The translations under genes were made by a program, and so were the position numbers. From Eledone cirrhosa (Eukaryota), in the NCBI GenBank assembly GCA_964016885.1, contig OZ024760.1, forward strand, positions 8,122,001 through 8,186,000: a stretch of 64,000 nt of DNA. Reading direction: 5' to 3'. The notes under the pieces were generated by a model, which had not been told where the DNA came from, ran no database searches, and was given only the letters and a program-made list of their open reading frames with translations. This document shows, piece by piece, positions 13,003-25,842 of this stretch. The stretch's first letter is position 1; each line of letters opens with the position of its first letter.

Positions 13003-13394
13003 TATACTTTGGGAGGGTCATGTTGCCAATAAGAAACACACGCACCAGTTGCTTTCACTTCAATTTATTATAATAAATTTATAAATTTAGGATTTTATAA
13101 ATTTCCGGTTGGTTGGTTGGTTCCACAACCAGATGGTTGTTTATATATTGTCAAAAACAAGATGGCGTAGGACAGAACAAAGGAGAGGCACAAAAACAAA
13201 GAAAAGAATCCCCAGTCACTGAAGAGGTCACAGAATGTGTGACGAAAGAACTTTGACAATATATAAACAACCATCTGGTTGTGGAACCAACCAACCAACC
13301 GGAAATTTATAAATTCCTAAATTTATTATAATAAATTGAAGTGAAAGCAACTGGTGCGTGTTTCTTATTGGCAACATGACCCTCCCAAAGTATA
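13003..13394. mobile_element. Fold-back element (about 150-bp inverted arms) carrying a hammerhead; Penelope pseudo-LTR-like
   Basis: Arms 13003-13155 and 13252-13394 are near-perfect reverse complements; related copies at about 53940-54198 and 24286-24620. Confidence 0.75.
13215..13257 (+). ncRNA. Type I hammerhead ribozyme motif (family B)
   Basis: GTCA-CTGAAGA-G-GTCACA[GAATG]TGTGAC-GAAA-GAAC-TT-TGAC: stem I 4 bp, stem II 6 bp, minimal stem III, CUU site. Confidence 0.72.
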
Positions 13395-14463
13395 TATATA
13401 TATATATATATATATATAGGAAAAAGTATGAGTCCAGAAATAGCCGTCGAAACGGCTTGAGCTCTGCCGTTGGGGTCATACTTTTTCCTATTTCCCACTC
13501 TACTACCCTAAGTATTGAGTACTCTGGTGAGTTATGGTCCATATGGTTCCTTACCACAATTCCTTTGTTATATATATATGTATATCACATACATAGTCAC
13601 ATACACCCACCCCCCACCCCCCGCCACACACACACATATATATGTATATCATATTTTCACAACTTGTTCGTATTTATTAATATTACGGGGTCCCAGTAAT
13701 GCACTGGGTAATTGCTGGCCTTGTGCCTAAAGTAGAAACAATTATTATTACGGGGTCGATAAAATTAAGTACCAGTAATGAACTGGGTAACTGCGGGCCT
13801 TGTCCCAAAAGTAGAAACAATTATTATTATTATAGAGTATCGGTAGAGGGTCTGACGCCATGTTTTGCAGCATAGAGTTACGGCTCTTTATGATCCGAGT
13901 TCAAATCCCGCCGAGGTTAACTTTGCCTTTCATCCTTACGGGGTCGATAAAATAAAGTACCAGTAATACACTGAGGTTCGATTTAATCGACTTTCCCACC
14001 CGCCAAAATTGCTGGCCTTGTGCCTATATAAGAAACAATTATTATAGAGTATCGGTAGAGGGTCGGATGCCATGCTTTGACGCATAGAGTTACGGCCCTT
14101 GCCATTCTGAGTTCAAATCCCGCCGAGGTTAACTTTGTCTTTCATCCTTACGGGGGTCGATAAAATAAAGTACCAGTAATACACTGAGTAATTTGCTGGC
14201 CTTGTGTCAAAAGTAGAAACAATTATTATAGAGTTACGGCCCTTTATGGTCTGAGTTCAAATTTTGCCGAGGCTAGCTTTGCCGTTCGTCCTTACGGGGT
14301 CGATAAAATAAAGAACCAGTAACGTTACTGGGGTATGTATGTATGTATGTATACTGTCCACAATAATTTCATTATTACACACACATACATACATACACAC
14401 ATACATACTTGTTGACCTTGTGCCTAAATCTGAAACCATCATATATATATATATATATATATA

Positions 14464-14833
14464 TGTGTCAACATATGTTAACCTTGGTCTTCCTCTTCTA
14501 GTGTGTCCATGTAGGGGCTCCCACAGGAGCACTGAGTGCAATGTCAAATCTGGATGTCGGTGAGCATGTCCAGCCAACCTCAGTCTCCTCTGTGTCACTT
14601 TTGAGCTGACTTTTGGGATGCTCCCATACAGCTCTGAGTTTTTCATCCTCAGTGTATACTGATTAATGTTCAGAGCCATCCTCAGCATTCTCGTGTAGCA
14701 CCCATCCACCATCTGAGTGAGTCTAAGGACAGACACTGGTCTGTTGGAGATGCAGGATATGGCAGCGATAATGAGGGACAGAGACCGCTGGAGAGAACTC
14801 GTCCATGGATCTCGGGAATTTTACCCGCCTTAG
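14464..14833. mobile_element. LINE 3' fragment with internal inversion
   Basis: Minus DGCYTRMLRMALN...RRLRLAGHAHRH...RGRPRLTYVDT joined to plus LRTDTG...RDRDRWRE; uninverted copy at 30586-30760. Confidence 0.8.
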
Positions 14834-14859
14834 ATAGGTAGATATATATGTGTGTGTGT

Positions 14860-15192
14860 GTGTGAGAGTGTTTATAATGTAGATATATGGTGGAATATCA
14901 CCATTAGGTATATATCATGTGTGTATGTGTGTGAGTGTGTTTATAATGTAGATATATGGTGGAATATCACCATTAGGTATATATCATGTGTGTATGTGTG
15001 TGAGTGTGTTTATAATGTAGATATATGGTGGAATATCACCATTAGGTATATATCATGTGTGTATGTGTGTGAGTGTGTTTATAATGTAGATATATGGTGG
15101 AATATCACCATTAGGTATATATCATGTGTGTATGTGTGTGAGTGTGTTTATAATGTAGATATATGGTGGAATATCACCATTAGGTATATATC
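14860..15192 (+). repeat. 69-bp tandem repeat, 5 copies
   Basis: TTTATAATGTAGATATATGGTGGAATATCACC at 14871, 14940 and onward. Confidence 0.9.
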
Positions 15193-16204
15193 ACCTACAA
15201 CATCAATGTTGACAAGATTTCACCGTCAATATTTCTACCCCAATATTTACACAGATGTGAGACGTCCCCATCCACGTGCTCACATTTTACATATCACATA
15301 CATCAGCAATTTACACATAGCTTCTCTATTCTATCAGTATAATGTAATATAAGATATGATATGATATTGTATAATATATGTATAATATAATTGTTTCTAC
15401 GTTTGGCACAAAGCCAGCAATTACCCCAGTACATTACTGGTACTTTATTTTATCGACCCCGTAAGGATGGAAGGCAAAGTTAACCTCGGCGGGATTTGAA
15501 CTAGGAATGGAAAGGGCCGTAACTCTATGCGTCAAAGCATGACGTCCGACCTTATAATATTATATTATAGTATAGTATATAATTGTTTCTACTTTAGGCA
15601 CAAAGCCAGCAATTACCCAGTGTATTACTGGTACCTTATTTTATCGACCCCGTAAGGATGAAAGGTAAAGTTAACCTCGGCGGGATTTGAACTTAGAACA
15701 TAAAGGGCCACGTCTAGGCTGCAAAGATAGTAGTGGTGGCAGTGGTGGTTATGGTGTTGGTGGTAGTTGAGGTGGTGGTCGTGGCGGTGGTGGTGATGGT
15801 GGTCTTGGCAGTAGCAGTAGAAGTAGTAGCAGTGGTGGTAGGGGTAGTGTTAGTAGAAAGGGGTAATGATGATGATGGTATCGGTAGTAGTATTGGTGGT
15901 GATGATGATAATGGTGGTGATTGTCGTAGTGGTAGTGGTGGTGATGGTGGTGGTGGTGGTGATTATGAAGATGGTGGTCGTAGTGATGGTGGTGGTGGTG
16001 GTGATTATGAAGATGGTGGTCGTAGTGGTGGTGATGGTGGTGGTGGTGGTGGTGGTAGTGATTATGAAGATGGTGGTCGTAGTGATGGTGGTGATAGTAG
16101 TGGTGGTGGTGATAATGGTGGTGGTTGAAGTTGTAGTGGTGGTGGTGGTAGTGATGGTAGTGGTTGTAGTGGTGATTATGAAGATGCTGGTGGTAGTGGT
16201 GGTG

Positions 16205-16238
<34 letters not shown>

Positions 16239-16251
16239 CAGTAGCAGTAGT

Positions 16252-16283
<32 letters not shown>

Positions 16284-16287
16284 CAAC

Positions 16288-16321
<34 letters not shown>

Positions 16322-16329
16322 TAGTGGTA

Positions 16330-16380
<51 letters not shown>

Positions 16381-16412
16381 ATAGTAGTAGTGGTATAGTG
16401 GTGGTGGTGGTG

Positions 16413-16448
<36 letters not shown>

Positions 16449-16498
16449 CTAGCAGTAGTAGTAGTAGTAGTAATAGTAGTAGTGGTATAGTGGTAGTG

Positions 16499-16563
<65 letters not shown>

Positions 16564-16659
16564 GGTGGTGGTGGTGGTACTGCTGCCATGCATCTGTCTA
16601 AATAGACCAAAAGAATACAGTCTGCACCATTTCAGTGCAAAAACAAGGGTAGTTTGACA

Positions 16660-17330
16660 GGGAGAGCCCTGTTGTCTGGGGTACATCACCCCCACATTAT
16701 AGTGCAGGAGAGAGCCCTATTGAAGGGGTACATCTTACACCCATACGCCCCACGTTATAGTGGGGGAGAGAGCCCTGTTGTCAAAGGTACATCATACACA
16801 CCCCACATATTATAGTGGTGGGGGGGAGAGCCCTTTTGATGGGGTACATCACACAGACCCCACATATTATGGTGGGGGGGAGCCTTTTGATGGGGTACAT
16901 CACACAGACCCCACATATTATGGTGGTGGAGAGAGCCCTTTTGATGGGGTACATCACACAGACCCCACATATTATAGTGGTGGAGAGAGCCCTTTTGATG
17001 GGGTACATCACACAGACCCCACATATTATGGTGGTGGAGAGAGCCCTTTTGATGGGGTACATCACACAGACCCCACATATTATGGTGGAGGGTGGAGGGG
17101 GGAGAGCCCTTTGGATGGGGTACATCGCACACATCCCAAATATTGTGGTGGGGGTGGTGTGGGGGGAGAAAACCCTGTTGTCTGGGGTACATCACACACT
17201 CCCTACATAGTATGGTGGGGAGGGAGGGAGAGAGCCCTGTTGTCAAGGGTACATCATACACACCCCACATATTATGGTGAGGGGGGAGAGCCCTTTTGAT
17301 GCGATACATCTTGTACCCATACCCCACGGC
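16660..17330 (+). repeat. About 57-60-bp minisatellite, about 11 copies
   Basis: GAGAGCCCTTTTGATGGGGTACATCACACAGACCCCACATATTATGGTGG units. Confidence 0.88.
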
Positions 17331-18004
17331 CTTAGCCATCTATTTGTGCCCTCAGCTGGGCTTTTTTAGTTTTAGGACAGTTAGAATTTTTGAATGTAAT
17401 ACCTGTATGTATAACCTTTCAATAACAATTACCTGCAGCAAGATAACTTTGATATGTAAATTGGGGGGTGATGGGGTGGGGGGTGAAATGTATTCTATGT
17501 TTTGTGTATGTGCCCCCCCCCCACCTGAAGTGGCCCGGGCCCCCAAGGTCTAAATCTAACACTGATGACTGTAACATGTAATTCAAAGGAGTCAGTCTTG
17601 TCACAAACTGCGTGAGAATGTATGCTTGTGCATGTGAGTGTGTGTGTGTGTATGGACGTGCGGTGTGTATGTGTGGTCGCTCGTAGGTATGTGTGTATAT
17701 ATATATACACACACACGCATACATACACACAAACACATACACACATACATACATACATACATACTGTACACAATAATTTCATATGGATTGGCAGTATCGG
17801 TAGAGGGTCAGACGCCATGCTTTGCAGCAAAGAGTTACGGCCCTTTAGGGTCTGAGTTCAAATCCCGCCGAGGTTAACTTTACCTTTCATCTTTACAGGG
17901 TTGATAAAATAAAGTACCAGTAATGCACTGGGGGTAATTGCTGGCCTTGTGCCAAAAGTAGAAACAATTATTATTATACATACATACACACATACACACA
18001 CACA

Positions 18005-18360
18005 CACATACTGTCCACAATAATTTCATTATTACACACACACACATACATACTGTCCACAATAATTTCATTATTACACACACACACACACACACACATA
18101 CATACATACATACATACATACTGTCCACAATAATTTCATTATTACACACACATACATACATACACACATACATACTGTCCACAATAATTTCATCATTACA
18201 TACACACACACATACATACTGTCCACAATTTCATTATTACACACACACACACACACACATACATACTGTCCACAATAATTTCATTATTACGCACGCACAC
18301 ACACATACATACATACACACACACATACTGTCCACAATAATTTCATTATTACACACACAC
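18005..18360 (+). repeat. Tandem CR1-tail motif interspersed with (CA)n
   Basis: CATACTGTCCACAATAATTTCATTATTAC repeated about 7 times; matches the CR1 3' terminus at 28610-28640. Confidence 0.75.
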
Positions 18361-19693
18361 ACATACACACATACATACACACACACATACACATACATAC
18401 ACACATACATACACACAGAAAGGGGTAACCATGTAAAATGTGTATATTTAAATTAACAAGACGTCAACGCTGACAAAAGGATCTCCGTTCTGAGAAATAA
18501 CAACAAATTTATTAAAACATTAAAACTAATCTTAATGAAGTCTCATTAATTAGCTAATTAGATTTAACATTGAACTAGAAACTACGGTAGTTTAGTGGTG
18601 GTGGTGGTGGTGGGTTATATGTAGAAGAAGAAGAAGAAGAAGAAGAAGAAGAAGAAGAAGAAGAAGAAGACAGTTTTTTGAGGGGTGGGGATTAACTATG
18701 TTTTTTTTTTAATGTCTGTTCTTATTTTCTTCATCTATTTCTCATCCCGAAGACAAAACCATCTGGAAATAATAACTTCCCTTCTGAATATCATATCATA
18801 TCATAATAATATCTAAGATTTGACCTATTTTAGTTAGATTTAGTTTAATAAATGACGATCTCTATACATCTGTCAGGATATATAAATATCTAGTGTAGAT
18901 CTGTTTAGATCAGAGGTTTTCTAACTTTTGGGGCCACCCCACCCCCCTCACGGCCATGTAATACCCTCAGCCCCCCCCATTTCCAGAAAGACCTACCTAC
19001 ATGCAAATTGTAAATAATATATAATAAATAAAATCGTTAATTTATATATAATAAGTAATATAATAAATGTAATCTGCGTTCTTTGAATATTAATAATTGA
19101 TCTTTGAATAAAAAGTAATTTTAAAATCCCTACCCACCCACCCCTAAAAACAGCACAAAGTCAGCAATATAAAGACAGGATAACAGTGAAGATAAATGAT
19201 TTATTTATTAAATGGTTGATATTTAATACAAGCCTATGTTTAACATAGGATATGGAGGATATGAGAGGCAGAGAGAGAAATAATAGACAAATGTTTATAT
19301 CAATAGAAAAGTAAAGTCATTTTTCTATTGATCTTTACAAATATGATAGAACAATTTAACCAGCAGAACAATTATTATAATTTTACAGCAATCACATCAA
19401 TAATCAACAGGATTTGTTCATATATATACTTATTCAATATATATATATATATATATATATACTTATTCAATTTTGTATATACATTCATACAATTTTACAT
19501 ATATACTCATTCAATTTATATATATATATATATATATATACTCATCCAATTTTTATATATATATACATTCATACAATTTTATATATACTCATACAATGTT
19601 TATATATATATAGAGATACATTCATTCAGTTTTATATACACTTATACAATTTTATATATACATTCATTCAATTTTTATATATACTCATACAAT

Positions 19694-19737
<44 letters not shown>

Positions 19738-22093
19738 TCATAAACTTTCATATATACATTCATACAATTTTATATATACACACATTCAATTTTCATATAC
19801 AGTAATACAATTTAATATACATTTATACAATTTCACACACAATACAATTTTATATACACTCATACAATTTTATATTCCTTCCTTTCTTTCCACACTCACA
19901 GGCAGACAAATACAAATACATTTTTTAGGACCATAGAAGATACATATGAAAATCATTTTATCTAAGTCAATTACTTGTGCCATTTCAACCCTTTTTCAAT
20001 ACCAAACTGACCCTGGTTCTATGATACAAAGTTGTTTATTATATTCATCTAAAAACCTTTCATTATAATTTCATGTAAGAAACCTTGTTTAATTACACCC
20101 TAAACCTTAACTTAACAATGAGAAAGTTAGCTATATAACAAAAAAACGCTCCCAAATACTTCATCATCATCATCATTTCATTTTACGTCCGCTTTTTCCC
20201 TGCTTGCAAGGGTGGGACGGGAACTGATTCTAGCTTGATTTCTACAGCTGGATGCCCTTCCTAACACCAACCTCATTTACAGTGAGTGCTGGGCGCTTTT
20301 TTGCTGTGGCACCTCCACGACCACTTTTGCAGTGGAATGATAGGGACCCCAGTCCCTATCATCTCATTTCTACAGCTGAGTAAACTGGAGCAATGTGAAA
20401 TAAAGTGTCTTACTCAAGGAAACAACACATCACCCGGTCTGAGAATTGAACTCACAACCTTTCGATTGCAAGGCCAATGCTCTAACCATTAAGCCATGTG
20501 CCTCCATGATTATTTAAAAAATTATTTGAAAACCATAGGCAGTGTCTTTTGTTAGAAATAGGGTAATGATTAAGTTTTGCCCTAAACATCAACTTAATGA
20601 GAAAGTTAGTTATTTTACTAAATCCCTTTCAATTTTGTCAGCAGTTGACTAGTACTTTATTTTATCGACCCCCCCCCCCCCCCTTCGTACTTTATTGGTA
20701 CTTTATTTTATCAACCCCCAGTACTTTACTCGTACTTTATTAAATCAGCCTCAGTACATGACTGGTACTTTATTTTATCGACCCCGTAAGGATGAAAGGT
20801 AAAGTTTGCCTTGGTTGGATTTGAACTCACAATGTTAACAGCCAAAACAAATGCCACAATGGCATTTAATCGATGGTCTACCGATTCTACCAAATCCACC
20901 ACCCTCTTTTGAAATCTAATATCAAATACAATTTATGAATAAAACCTAATGTATGCTAAGTTTTTAAATATAAAAATTTGTTTAATAATATCTAATTTAA
21001 ATACTATTAAATCTTCAGTATTTAAACCGGCTGTATCCAGCCAGAGTTATCTCACCCCTTTCTGTTCAAACAAGCTGTAACCAGCCACTCATACTGATGT
21101 TAAGGTATTGTTCTCAAAATGAATAATATCAAAATCTCATAGATTTGATATTATGTGAGATAATATGTGAGGTAAAGCTTTTACCACAAAATTATAATAG
21201 TAAATATAGAGTAACGTAAATGCTAAAGGGTTAAATAAGTACATAATAAATGAATGTATGATAGGATTTGAAATATACCATATTTGCTGGCCTATTGGAC
21301 ACACCTCCCCTTTATTTCCCGTTGCTCCAGTTTACTCAGCTGTAGAAATGAGTTGCAACGTCACTGGTGCCAAGCTGTATCGGTCATTGCCTTTCCCTTG
21401 GACAACATCGGTGGCGTGAAGAGAGGGGGGGTGGGGTATGTATGGGTGACTACTGGTCTTCCACAGAATAAACCTTGCCCAGGCGTGTACCTCGAAAGGT
21501 AAATTTCTAGGTGCAAAACCACAGTCATTCATGACCAAGTGGGGCCACCATGTGTATATAAGCAAAATAATTGTTTCTACTTTTGACACAAGGCCAGCAA
21601 TTACCCCAGTGCATTACTGGTGCTTTATTTTATCAACCCCCCCCCCCCCCCGTAAGGATGAAAGACAAAGTTAACCTTGGATGGATTTGAACTCAGTCCG
21701 TAAAGGGGCATAACTCTATGCTGCAAAGCATGGCATCTGACCTTCTACCAATACTGCCAATCTGCCGAACTTATATAAGAGTTTCTGAGGAAACAATGAA
21801 ATAATTTTTAATAAATATATGAAGAAACATACTAAAATTCTTTTTGTCTCAAAATGCCCTTGTAAAACCAGGGGGCGTCTTATACAAAGAGGTGTCCAAT
21901 AGGCCAGCAAATATGTTAAATAATTAATACAATCTAAACTAAACACTATTAAATTAATAAATTAAGTGTGTAACAAGTAGAGAGGTGCTACTTATCTGAA
22001 TTGAGAGATCACATTTCTGATACTTCAGGCATGTGGTTAGAATGTCTCAGGAAAGAATTGCTGGATAGATTTTACGATTAAAAACCAACAGGC

Positions 22094-23430
22094 AGGAGAC
22101 ACCAGTGGTAAACACCGAGCAAGATGGTTGGATTACATCCATAAGCTTAGCTGGTCACATTAGGGGATCAAGCCACCAGATCAATTGGAGATGGTAGCTT
22201 CTGACAGGAGACCCAGTGGTAGACCCTGAGCAAGATGGTTGGATAACATCCATAAGCTTGGCTGGTCACATTAGGGGATCAAGCCACCGGATCAATTGGA
22301 GATGGTAGCTTCTGACAGGAGACCCAGTGGTAGACCCTGAGCAAGATGGTTGGATAACATCCATGAGCTTGGCTGCTCACATTAGGGGATCAAGCCACCA
22401 GATCAATTGGAGATGGTTGCTTCTGACAGGAGACCCAGTGGTAGACCCTGAGCAAGATGGTTGGATAACATCCATGAGCTTGGCTGGTCACATTAGGGGA
22501 TCAAGCCACCAGATCAATTGGAGATGGTAGCTTCTGACAGGAGACCCAGTGGTAGACCCTGAGCAAGATGGTTGGATAACATCCATGAGCTTGGCTGCTC
22601 ACATTAGGGGATCAAGCCACCAGATCAATTGGAGATGGTAGCTTCTGACAGGAGACCCAGTGGTAGACCCTGAGCAAGATGGTTGGATTACATCCATAAG
22701 CTTAGCTGGTCACATTAGGGGATCAAGCCACCAGATCAATTGGAGATGGTAGCTTCTGACAGGAGACCCAGTGGTAAACACCGAGCAAGATGGTTGGATT
22801 ACATCCATAAGCTTGGCTGGTCACATTAGGGGATCAAGCCACCGGATCAATTAGAGATGGTTGCTTCTGACAGGAGACTCAGTGGTAGACCCTGAGCAAG
22901 ATGGTTGGATTACATCCATGAGCTTGGCTGCTCACATTAGGGGATCAAGCCACCGGATCAATTAGAGATGGTTGCTTCTGACAGGAGACCCAGTGGTAGA
23001 CCCTGAGCAAGATGGTTGGATTACATCCATAAGCTTGGCTGGTCACATTAGGGGATCAAGCCACCGGATCAATTAGAGATGGTTGCTTCTGACAGGAGAC
23101 CCAGTGGTAGACCCTGAGCAAGATGGTTGGATTACATCCATGAGCTTGGCTGCTCACATTAGGGGATCAAGCCACCGGATCAATTAGAGATGGTTGCTTC
23201 TGACAGGAGACCCAGTGGTAGACCCTGAGCAAGATGGTTGGATTACATCCATAAGCTTGGCTGGTCACATTAGGGGATCAAGCCACCGGATCAATTAGAG
23301 ATGGTTGCTTCTGACAGGAGACCCAGTGGTAGACCCTGAGCAAGATGGTTGGATTACATCCATAAGCTTGGCTGGTCACATTAGGGGATCAAGCCACCAG
23401 ATCAATTGGAGATGGTTGCTTCTGACAGGA
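22094..23430 (+). repeat. 111-bp tandem repeat, 12 copies, LINE-derived
   Basis: CAGGAGACCCAGTGG at 22205, 22316, 22427 and onward; the unit translates like the RTE C-terminal RP.GRP..RWLDYI motif. Confidence 0.9.
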
Positions 23431-24987
23431 CCCTCTGAAAGGAGTTTTGAGGACTCTGTCCCCACTAGAACCCTCCTCGAAAAAAGTGGGCAAAGAAGAA
23501 GCTTGTAACAGTTTGTTTACCAATTGACATCACCAAATGTAAACTAAAACAGAGATTTAAATGGTGTAGTGGGAAGAGACAAGGGTGTTAAATAATGATT
23601 CACAAGACATTTCCTCATTGATATGTTGACAGAAATGGATTTACAGCAGGGGATTTTCACCCCATACCTCCACCTCACCTTATATATTTAGAAATTAACT
23701 GTTTATAACCTTTATAAGTAACAGTAGTAAAAGAGATTCAAATCGACAAGATCTTAGACTTCATTTGCTTACCACGTGGGGGTGGGACTCATCAGATTAG
23801 ACCAAGGGAACAATGTTTCCATTACAGATACTATCTACTGGTCGAAAATCTTGACAGAAGGAGCAATGTGAAATAAAGTGTCCTGCTCAGGAATATAACG
23901 CAACCTCCTGGTCTGGGAATCAAACTCAAAACCTCACAATTAACAATCTAACTCCCTGACCCAGCATTTCTCAATTGGATCAGTGTTCTTCAGAACCCAG
24001 GGGTTCTGCAAGAGATCACCAGGGGTTCTGCAGGAAACAGTGATAAATAAGCTAAAAGAGATAGATATTAATAACAGTATATAAATAATTTTTATGCAGG
24101 GGTTTCCTTGAGACATGACTATTTCAAGGGTTCCACAAGAGTAAAAAGGTTGAGAAACGTTGCTGGAACCAGTAAGCTTTGTTCCTTCATATTACAAACA
24201 CTATGTCGCTTAAATTTATTTTCCCACTCAATAATCTAAGCAACATTAGTAACATTACTCATAAATCTTTATATTTTAGTTTTGTGAGATTTTTGGTGTG
24301 AAATCATGTGTTGAAAGGAATCAGATATTGCTGTATTTTGGGAGGGTCATGTTGTCAATCAAAATAGTACACACACACACTTGTTGAGGTTAATTATTGA
24401 TCAGGAAATTTATCCATCAAACCATTGGTTAATCAGAGAGAAAAGATGGAGGGCAAGAGCCACTGATAAGTTTACAGAGAGTGATGAAATGACTTTGATA
24501 ATTAATTAATTAATTAACCGACTGATGGATTAATTACCTGATTAATAGTAAAACGGAAGTAAAAAATACCAACAACTAGTGCGTGTGTTTTAATTGGCAG
24601 CATTACTCTACCAAAATACTGTATTTCTTATAAAATCTTTAGAATGTTCCAGAACAGCAAGAGTTCATGAGAAGACTAAAAATCCAGTAAATTTTCTATA
24701 CAACAATTAATTTTTGTATTATAATAATAATAAAAATAACCCAAAAAACAAAAAAAAGCACAAAAACAAAAACACAGTTGTTGAATTAAGAAAGATGGAT
24801 AGGAAGAGGTGTGACAGGAAGTGGTGTGACAGGAAGTGACTCGTTAGGAATGTTGAAATCCTATGAAACTGTCTTAAGTAATTTTTTTTGCCCAACGTAG
24901 GGAGTTGGGAAAATCATGAAGAATTTGTTACGTATGAATTGTAGGTGTTCCACTATGAAATCTTGTTCTGAGTTGTCTTTACAGAGA

Positions 24988-25127
24988 TTAAATTATTACT
25001 TTTCCAGTGCCAAACAATATATATACAATCCAACCAAAGATACATACAACAGCAGTTTGGCTGAAAACTGCTCCCCAACTTTTTGTAGCTTCGAGTGTAT
25101 TGCCAGCAATGTAAACCCCTACAAAAC
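24988..25127 (-). CDS. SLC17A9: SLC17A9 exon 12, terminal coding part (FVGVYIAGNTLEATKSWGAVFSQTAVVCIFGWIVYILFGTGKVII*)
   Basis: TAG acceptor after poly-T, TAA stop at 24990-24988. Confidence 0.93.
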
Positions 25128-25786
25128 CTACAAAAAGAAAAAGAAAAAAAATTGTACTGTGTCGTTTGCTTTATTATTTCTGTTTATTTTTTGGATATAT
25201 ATATATATATATAAGTAAGATGTATGGTAGGTTGTATGTGAATCGCGATGATCACGTCTGACCTACCAAATATCAATCCCTGACCCCGACAACTAATATA
25301 AAAGAGCCCCCTTAGAATATAGACCCCAACTATACAAGCGGAGCTGCTGATGTATACCACAATTTCAAACTGCTAGCCTTGAGTGATACGTTGATGTAAA
25401 TAATGATCTTACAATCACATGTTATATGCCTTGAAAAGTCCCATCATATGGTCGGACGAAACAGCTGTCGGCAATAAACTTGTTATAATGTCATAATAGT
25501 TCCTTTGTTCTTTTTCACTAATATATATATATATATAGGCCATACAGAAATGGAGCAGTGTCCTGTAAGTTGTGTACTGTTGAAAGAAGGAGTATCTTGC
25601 AGATGTTACATAATAGTACTTGCCTTAACACAAGAGTCGATTTTTTTAAACGGCTGCCCCTATGTTGCAAAGTATCCATTATATTTACAATTTCGCGAAT
25701 ATGAAGTGGCTTCTATAAACAATTATTAGTTAAGTTCTAAGGAAAATTCCACGAATAACTGGGACCGCGAATGTCAGGGATACACA

Positions 25787-25842
<56 letters not shown>

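Noticed and set aside
20286-20492. Recurrent 67-84 aa ORF (...LQLSKLEQCEIKCL...) at five loci as a gene family
   Set aside because: It is the antisense reading of a multicopy tRNA-derived SINE.
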